Shown here piece by piece: positions 26,017 through 32,000 of a stretch of DNA of 32,000 nucleotides (its first letter is position 1; each line of letters opens with the position of its first letter). The notes below the pieces were generated by a model. It worked only from the letters and a program-made list of their open reading frames with translations, ran no database searches and had not been told where the DNA came from. The stretch is from an uncultured archaeon (GTDB lineage Archaea; Micrarchaeota; Micrarchaeia; Micrarchaeales; CABMGC01). Made by a program: the position numbers and the translations under genes. The stretch is taken from assembly GCA_963704435.1 (NCBI GenBank), contig OY969902.1, positions 690,001 through 722,000 of the forward strand, in the 5' to 3' direction.

Positions 26017-27741
26017 ATGGCTGCGGCGGACAAGACAAGGGAGGAGATAAGGAAATTCGCGCTGAAGAACGCCACCGACTTCGGCAAGGCCAGCGCCGCC
26101 GCGGTGCTCGGCAAGATCCTCGCAGAGAACCCGTCGCTCAGGTCGGACATCGGCGCCGCAAGGTCCATGGCGGAAGAGATAGTGGGCGAGGTCAATGGCA
26201 TGACCCATACGGGCATCGAGCGCGCTTTCAAGGCGTACGCGAAGGAGTTCGAGAGGAAGGCGGAGGAGACCGCCGAGAAGGCGTCGAAGCACAACCTTGC
26301 CATCGAAGGCGCGGTGGAGGGCAAGGTCGTGACCAGGTTTCCTCCAGAGCCTGGCGGCTACATCCATATAGGGAACCTTAAGCAGTGCATGCTCAGCGAA
26401 GAGATAGCGAGGATGTACAAGGGCGCCATATACTTATACTTCGACGATACGAATCCCGAGAAGTGCAGGCAGGAGTACGTCGACGCGATAAAGGAAGACC
26501 TGAAGTGGATGGGCGTGAACTTCGGCAGGGAGTATTACGCCAGCGATTACATCGAAGCGGTTTACGAGAGCGGAAGGAGGCTGCTGCGGCAGGGCGACGC
26601 ATATGTCTGCGCATGCAGCGGAGACGCGGTCGAGAAGAATCGGGAGGCCAAGAAGGCGTGCAAGCACAGGAAGCAGACGCCAGACCAGAATCTCGCGCTC
26701 TTCGAGGACATGATAAAAGGGAAGTACGAGGAGGGCCAGGCCATAGTCAGGCTCGCTGGCGACATGAAGGCGGACAACGCGACGTTCAGGGACCCCACGC
26801 TGTTCAGGATAAAGAAGGCTGCGCACTACAGGCAGGGTAACAAGTACGTAATGTGGCCGACGTACCACATCAACACCCTGGTGATCGACAACCTGAATGG
26901 AGTGACCGACGTCATAAGGGGCAAGGAATACGAGATTTGGGACGAGGTGCACAGGAAGATAATCTCGGAGCTCGGGCTCTCCGCCCCGAGGATGCACTAC
27001 GAGGCCAGGCTCAGGATAGAGGGAGAGAGCACATCCAAGAGGTTCCTCCGCGATCAGATAGCGAAGGGCGTGCTCTCGGGATGGGACGATCCGAGGCTGG
27101 TCACGGTCGCAGCGCTGAGGAGGCGGGGCGTACTGCCCGCGGCGATAAGGAACTTCGCGCTCAGGTTCGGCCTCAGCAAGACCGACGGGACCGTTAAGAT
27201 GGAGATGTTGCTGGCCGAGAACAAGAAGCTGATCGACCCGGTCGCGAAACACCTGTTCTTCGTGAAGGACCCTTTCCGCATCGTGGTGAAGGGTGAGAAG
27301 CCGCTCGGCGCGAAGCTGCGCCTGCACCCCGCGAGCGACATGGGGTTCAGGCAGTATAAGACCTGGGACGAGTTCTACGTCCCGGGCGAGGACGCCGCGG
27401 CGATGGGCGTCGGAGACAAGGTGAGGCTCAAGGACCTGATGTGCATCAGGATAATTTCGAAGGGCGCGAAGGAGATCGAAGCCGAGGCCGTAAAGGGGCA
27501 GGAGGGCAAGGTGATACAGTGGGTGTCCGGGAGGGACTACCTGGAATGCTCTGTGCTCGTGCCCGAGACGCCGATGGATGCGGAAGGCAAATTCAGGGAC
27601 GACAGCCTCAAGACGGCAAAAGGCTACGTGGAGGCGTATGCGGAGAAGCTCAGGGAGCACGAGGCGGTGCAGTTCGAGAGGTTCGGCTACTGCATACTCG
27701 ACGACAAGAAGGAGCAGAGGTTTATACTAACGTCGAAATGA
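26017..27741 (+). CDS. gltX: Glutamyl-tRNA synthetase, archaeal type
   Basis: VTRFPPEPGGYIHIGNLKQCMLSEEIAR, YLYFDDTNPEKCRQEYVDAIKEDLKWMG, GESTSKRFLRDQI. Confidence 0.97.
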   Translation: MAAADKTREEIRKFALKNATDFGKASAAAVLGKILAENPSLRSDIGAARSMAEEIVGEVNGMTHTGIERAFKAYAKEFERKAEETAEKASKHNLAIEGAVEGKVVTRFPPEPGGYIHIGNLKQCMLSEEIARMYKGAIYLYFDDTNPEKCRQEYVDAIKEDLKWMGVNFGREYYASDYIEAVYESGRRLLRQGDAYVCACSGDAVEKNREAKKACKHRKQTPDQNLALFEDMIKGKYEEGQAIVRLAGDMKADNATFRDPTLFRIKKAAHYRQGNKYVMWPTYHINTLVIDNLNGVTDVIRGKEYEIWDEVHRKIISELGLSAPRMHYEARLRIEGESTSKRFLRDQIAKGVLSGWDDPRLVTVAALRRRGVLPAAIRNFALRFGLSKTDGTVKMEMLLAENKKLIDPVAKHLFFVKDPFRIVVKGEKPLGAKLRLHPASDMGFRQYKTWDEFYVPGEDAAAMGVGDKVRLKDLMCIRIISKGAKEIEAEAVKGQEGKVIQWVSGRDYLECSVLVPETPMDAEGKFRDDSLKTAKGYVEAYAEKLREHEAVQFERFGYCILDDKKEQRFILTSK

Positions 27742-27773
27742 CCTCCGCCCTCCCGTATCCGCGCGATGTGCAG

Positions 27774-27781
27774 GTTTTTTA
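27774..27781 (+). terminator. Candidate oligo-T terminator after gltX
   Basis: GCAGGTTTTTTTAAAC tract about 35 nt after the gltX stop. Confidence 0.4.
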
Positions 27782-27826
27782 AACTTGATACTCTCAAAGA
27801 GACACTATCTTCTTTAAGGTGACCTG

Positions 27827-28516
27827 TTGAATACGAAACCCGCAGAAGCCGGGCGCGATTTCAGGAAGGATTCCCCTGCCCTGAAGACTGCGCCCTATCT
27901 CGGCGTGTCAACGCTGGTCTCGAACGCCATAAAGAACGTGATGAGGGCGGACCTGGAGACGAGGGCCGGAGTGGAGGGCGGCGCCAGCATAGTGATGCTG
28001 AACAGCCTAAAGGACTTCCTCCAGAAGGAGCTCACGATGGGCATAGCCGCCATCTGCATGCAGAGCGTTGCCGTGAACGCCAAGCACATGTCGAGGGAGG
28101 AGTTCCTCGCGTATGCGCGCACGCTGCAGGCCCTTACCTTGGGCTACAAATCCAGGTACGGCAAGAACCTGGCCACCGTCATAATGATCGGAATCACCAC
28201 GAAGGCGAGGGACTCCCGCTCAGCGAGGGAGTATCTCAACGCCATGCTCTCAGGCCTATCCCTTAAGGCGGCATCCTACGGCACGCGGATAGAGGAGAGG
28301 AGCAGGAAGTCCAGCGACCTATCCTACGCACTGAAGAGGAAACAGTCTAGCATAATCGGGCGCATATTCGGCAAGGGCGAGATCGTGCTCCTGACACAGG
28401 GCGTAAGCAACCACCAGGAAAAGCTGGCCGCGCTGCAGGGCAGGAAGGTAAAATATGAGGCGCTCGCTACAAGGATAAAAGGAATCGCGGACCCTCAGTC
28501 TACGAAGTCGCGGTAG
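27827..28516 (+). CDS. Hypothetical, mostly helical basic protein
   Basis: 229-aa ORF with plausible composition; no recognised family. Confidence 0.65.
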   Translation: MNTKPAEAGRDFRKDSPALKTAPYLGVSTLVSNAIKNVMRADLETRAGVEGGASIVMLNSLKDFLQKELTMGIAAICMQSVAVNAKHMSREEFLAYARTLQALTLGYKSRYGKNLATVIMIGITTKARDSRSAREYLNAMLSGLSLKAASYGTRIEERSRKSSDLSYALKRKQSSIIGRIFGKGEIVLLTQGVSNHQEKLAALQGRKVKYEALATRIKGIADPQSTKSR

Positions 28517-28956
28517 TACAGTATTCCCTGTATCGCGTCCCCGTTCACTATGTCCCCTTTTTCTATCATCCGGGTGAGCTGCCCCAAAGTGAACTCCCTC
28601 GTCTCGATGATCTCGTGCTTCTCCAGGTGACGCTTGCCCTTCCTGAGCCCGCGCGCTATGAAGAAGTGGACGATCTCATCGGAAAGCCCCGGGGAGGAGT
28701 ACGACGAGAACGCGTGCTCGATGCTCGCGGCCGTAAATCCGGTCTCCTCTTTCAGTTCCCTCCTCGCAGCTTCAATCGGCTCCTCTCCCTTTTCAATCAG
28801 TCCTGCCGGCAGTTCGTAGAGCCACCTACCTATCGCAGGCCGGTACTGCCTCTCAAGGACCAGCTTGCTGCCGTGGACAGGGATTATCACGGCGCCGCCA
28901 TTTAGCCTAACGACATGCATGTTCATTGCAGCGCCGTTGGGGAGCCTCTCCCTCAC
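28495..28956 (-). CDS. Nudix hydrolase (ADP-ribose pyrophosphatase-like)
   Basis: Nudix box GLIEKGEEPIEAARRELKEETGF after WLYELPA. The start may be the internal ATG encoding MNMHVVRL. Confidence 0.93.
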   Translation of the reverse strand: MRERLPNGAAMNMHVVRLNGGAVIIPVHGSKLVLERQYRPAIGRWLYELPAGLIEKGEEPIEAARRELKEETGFTAASIEHAFSSYSSPGLSDEIVHFFIARGLRKGKRHLEKHEIIETREFTLGQLTRMIEKGDIVNGDAIQGILYYRDFVD

Positions 28957-29002
28957 GCTCTCAACGCTGAACCGCGAGTTCTTGTACTTGGTTGCGATGC
29001 AA

Positions 29003-29758
29003 TCACAGCTTCATTTTTCTGAATGCATATGCGCCCAAGCCTATCAGCACGACCGCGAAACCGACGATGACCGAGATGTCAAGAATCGGGCTGAACGTCA
29101 TTGGCACGCCTAGTATGATCCCCCTCAACAGGTCGACGCCGTACGAGACGGGGTTGAGTCTTACGAAGAAATACAGCCACGAGGGCAGGGTATCCACCGG
29201 GAACAGCGCGCCGCTAAGGAAGAATATCGGGAATATGACGAAGCTCGATATCAGTCCGAAGCCCTCCGGGCTGCTGAGGAACGAGCCTATTATCAGGCCT
29301 ATGCTCACGATGCCCGCGGTCAGTATGAAGATCACGATGATGGAATATATGAACATCATCAGAGTGAAGTGTATGTTGAAGAACGCCCCAAGTGCGATGA
29401 GGATCAGCGACTCTATCATCGCGTCGGTGGCGCCTCCAAGCACCTTTCCGAAGAATATCGTGGTCCTGCTGAGCGGCGCGACCAACACTTCCTTGAGGAA
29501 GTCGACCTTCCTGTCCCATACTATGTACAGGCCGTAGAATATCGAGCCAAACAAGATGGACATCACGATGATTCCCGGGTATATGAACGTTTGGTAGCTC
29601 ACGTTCTGCACGCTGGTTATGCTGGCGCCCAGCCCCGTGCCGAAGACGACGAGCCACATCAGCGGGCTTATTATCGAAGCGACTATCCTCGACCGCTCCC
29701 TGATGTACACCTTCAGTTCCCTGTACCAGATCGCGTACAGTCCCGATAGTTCGCTCAT
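29003..29758 (-). CDS. ABC-2 type transporter permease
   Basis: SPLMWLVVFG, FIYPGIIVMSILFGSIFYGLYIVWDRKVDFLKEVLVAPLSRTTIFFGKVLGG and ALFPVDTLPSWLYFFVRLNPVSYGVDLLRG. Confidence 0.93.
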   Translation of the reverse strand: MSELSGLYAIWYRELKVYIRERSRIVASIISPLMWLVVFGTGLGASITSVQNVSYQTFIYPGIIVMSILFGSIFYGLYIVWDRKVDFLKEVLVAPLSRTTIFFGKVLGGATDAMIESLILIALGAFFNIHFTLMMFIYSIIVIFILTAGIVSIGLIIGSFLSSPEGFGLISSFVIFPIFFLSGALFPVDTLPSWLYFFVRLNPVSYGVDLLRGIILGVPMTFSPILDISVIVGFAVVLIGLGAYAFRKMKL

Positions 29759-29764
29759 CGCAAT

Positions 29765-30739
29765 CTAACCTTTTTTCGAATCGTAGTGCATGCTGCGCTC
29801 GGCCCAGCCGCCCTCCGCCTCTCCCCCTTCCCTCATGCGCCTGCCAGTGTAGCGAAGGAATACGTCGTTCAGGGTAGGCGACCTCAATTCGACCGAATCA
29901 ATTTTTCCGATCTTGCTCAGAATCTCCTGGAGGTGCGCGCTAGCGCTGTTGACCGTAAGCACGAGCTCGCCGTTTCCCTCAACGGCCTTGCGCACGTACC
30001 TGAGCTTTTTCACTGCCGCGATGTCAGGAGCGTTTGCCTTTAGAGTTATTATGTCACCGCCGACCTTCTTCTTCAGCGCGTCCGGGGTTCCCATGACTAC
30101 GACTCTCCCTCGGTCTATTATCGCGACCCTGTCGCACAGGGTCTCCGCCTCCTCCATGTAGTGCGTCGTTATTATTATCGTGACCTTCTTCTCCGTGGAG
30201 AGCTTCTTTATGTAGGTCCACAGGTGGATTCTGGTCTGCGGGTCGAGGCCCAGGGTCGGCTCGTCGAGGAACAGGACTTTCGGTTCATGCAGCAGGCCCC
30301 TCGCCAGCTCCAGCCGGCGCCGCATCCCACCCGAATAGTTCTTCACGAACTCGCGCTGCCTGTCGCGCAGGTTCACAAGGCCGAGCACGTAGTCCATCCT
30401 CTTGTTTATCTCCTTGGAAGGCACCCCGTACATGAGCCCGTGCAGGTACAGGTTCTCCCTGCCGGTCAGGGTGTCGTCCGAGCTCGGGTCCTGGAACACG
30501 AAGCCTATTGACTTCCTCACTCTGCTAGGCTCGCGCCTTACGTCGTAGCCGTTGACTACGGCAGAGCCGCTCGTTGGCTGCACCAGCGTGGACAGCATTG
30601 ATAGGGTCGTGGTCTTCCCCGCGCCGTTCGGGCCAAGGAGCCCGAATATCTCCCCATCGTTTATCTGGAGGTTTAGCCTGTCGACTGCCGTGAGGCGCCC
30701 GAACTTCTTCGTGAGTTTCTTCGTCTCGATGATGTGCAC
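29765..30739 (-). CDS. ABC transporter ATP-binding protein (DrrA/CcmA-like)
   Basis: GLLGPNGAGKTTTLSML (Walker A), YSGGMRRRLELARGLLHEPKVLFLDEPTLGLDP (signature plus Walker B). Confidence 0.96.
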   Translation of the reverse strand: MHIIETKKLTKKFGRLTAVDRLNLQINDGEIFGLLGPNGAGKTTTLSMLSTLVQPTSGSAVVNGYDVRREPSRVRKSIGFVFQDPSSDDTLTGRENLYLHGLMYGVPSKEINKRMDYVLGLVNLRDRQREFVKNYSGGMRRRLELARGLLHEPKVLFLDEPTLGLDPQTRIHLWTYIKKLSTEKKVTIIITTHYMEEAETLCDRVAIIDRGRVVVMGTPDALKKKVGGDIITLKANAPDIAAVKKLRYVRKAVEGNGELVLTVNSASAHLQEILSKIGKIDSVELRSPTLNDVFLRYTGRRMREGGEAEGGWAERSMHYDSKKG

Positions 30740-30760
30740 GGCAACGCCCCTGAAGCAGGT

Positions 30761-31237
30761 TCAGTTTAGCTTAAACACATAAAAATTAAGAACCATTGCA
30801 ATCGTGACCCAGGCGAGATACGGGAGCATGGCGTACGCGGCGGACTTGGAGACCCTGTATGATTTGAAGATCGTAACTGCGATTGCGATCCACAGCGCGA
30901 GAATGCAAATCAGGCCGTACAGCGGCTTGCGGAGTCCGAAGAAGAGAACGGACCAGAGCACGTTGAGGGCGAGTTGGGTTCCGAAGGCAGTGATTGCGGA
31001 GTTAACTCCTCTCTTCCCGATGCCTCTCTTCCATACGAGGTAGAGCGACACGCCCATGAGCAGGTACAGCGCAGTCCAGACCGGTCCGAATAGCCAGCTC
31101 GGCGGAGTGAAGGAAGGCTTTGCAAGCCCCGCATACCATGTGGCGATAGACGGGATGGTGAATACAGACCCTATTACACCCGCTAACTCGCACAAAAGGA
31201 TAGCCGCCACGAGCTTTGCAAGGTCTTTTCGATTCAT
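30761..31237 (-). CDS. TspO/MBR family protein
   Basis: WYAGLAKPSFTPPSWLFGPVWTALYLLMGVSLYLVW, NVLWSVLFFGLRKPLYGLICILALWIAI, AAYAMLPYLAWVTIAMVLNFYV. Confidence 0.93.
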   Translation of the reverse strand: MNRKDLAKLVAAILLCELAGVIGSVFTIPSIATWYAGLAKPSFTPPSWLFGPVWTALYLLMGVSLYLVWKRGIGKRGVNSAITAFGTQLALNVLWSVLFFGLRKPLYGLICILALWIAIAVTIFKSYRVSKSAAYAMLPYLAWVTIAMVLNFYVFKLN

Positions 31238-31250
31238 ACAATCCCTCGCA

Positions 31251-31796
31251 TTAAACTATGAGCCGGACTTGTTTTATGCTGTTTTTTGTGACCAAATAAT
31301 AGCAGATATTACCCGCGCCGATCCTGCTCCTTATGTAATCTATGTTGTCCTTTTTGTCTTCATAAAACTCCAGTGCGCGATATTTCTTCAAGTAGTGCTT
31401 GATCTTTCGCAGCTTCCATTCTTCATCTGGAAGGGCAAGGTCACGCCTTGCATCGATTCCCCGGATTCTTACACCGTGCTTCTTTATGAGATCCAGAGTG
31501 TCGCCGTGTCGGTTTTTCAAGCGGGCGGTAAGCACAATCACATCGTAGCCCTTCCTTGACCTTCGTAAGCGATTCAGCAGCAGGCCATTCGGCTTGCTTT
31601 CATGCTTGTATTTAGAGAATGCCAGGGCGTATACTTTGGACTTCACGGGCCGGGGCAGCTTCCTTATCTGCCTCTTGCTCAGGTTCCTTCTGCCAAGAAG
31701 TTCTTCCGCAGCCTTCCTTACGGCTCCATGGGTGAAAAACAGTGTGTCGTCGAAATCAAGGAGTATGAGCTTCCCTCTTTTATTCATGACCATCAA
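31251..31796 (-). CDS. HAD-like hydrolase
   Basis: LILLDFDDTLFFTHGA, DVIVLTARL, FYEDKKDNIDYI. Confidence 0.8.
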   Translation of the reverse strand: MMVMNKRGKLILLDFDDTLFFTHGAVRKAAEELLGRRNLSKRQIRKLPRPVKSKVYALAFSKYKHESKPNGLLLNRLRRSRKGYDVIVLTARLKNRHGDTLDLIKKHGVRIRGIDARRDLALPDEEWKLRKIKHYLKKYRALEFYEDKKDNIDYIRSRIGAGNICYYLVTKNSIKQVRLIV

Positions 31797-31916
31797 CTTA
31801 TCTATGCGCGAATCTAGCCTGTATGATTGATACCTAAATTAGTTTTATATGGGTGCCTGCGACCCTGTGCTAAAACAACGATAATACTTATTAAAGGGAA
31901 AAAAACAAGGTAATTG

Positions 31917-32000
31917 ATGGATATGGCTGAACGCTCGTCTTTCAAGATGTTCATAACCCCTGACGATTTCGCTAAGAAGGTGAATCCTGGCGAGGGATTA
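31917..32000 (+). CDS. Partial CDS running off the right edge, function unknown
   Basis: ATG at 31917 opens MDMAERSSFKMFITPDDFAKKVNPGEGL with no stop before the edge; AT-rich upstream region. Confidence 0.5.
   Translation, partial: MDMAERSSFKMFITPDDFAKKVNPGEGL

Noticed and set aside
26434-27660. 408-aa minus-strand ORF
   Set aside because: It lies wholly antisense to gltX and is rich in Leu/Arg/His/Pro. It is a shadow frame of a GC-rich gene.

Overview
This window is archaeal and reads like a small-genome DPANN or Micrarchaeota-type lineage; the taxonomy is inference. It is densely packed, mostly with core genes. These include a ribosomal L1-L10-P1 cluster with NAC, aEF1A-uS10, deoxyhypusine synthase, ProRS, archaeal-type GluRS, Rpo7 and Spt4. 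It also has bacterial-type MetK, UppP, FKBP, Nudix, an ABC-2 exporter pair, TspO, a family-2 glycosyltransferase, two alkaline-phosphatase-superfamily (sulfatase-like) enzymes and several secreted proteins. I read three tRNA genes directly: Ser(CGA) with an apparent 14-nt non-canonical intron, Trp(CCA) with a 71-nt canonical-position intron, and Gln(TTG). Best leads: (1) a 59-bp repeat (56/59 identical) in two copies beside a DUF1801-like gene and a SnoaL-like gene, whose edge shares 14 nt with the 3' end of tRNA-Trp, suggesting tRNA-targeted cassette insertion; (2) a ribbon-helix-helix protein and a CysD/PAPS-reductase-like protein that are adjacent and share a C-terminal KLRALGY tail, next to a sulfatase-like gene; (3) the tRNA-Ser 30/31 intron; (4) a possible Cm34 guide-like arrangement in the tRNA-Trp intron. 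No CRISPR array, transposase or integrase was seen.
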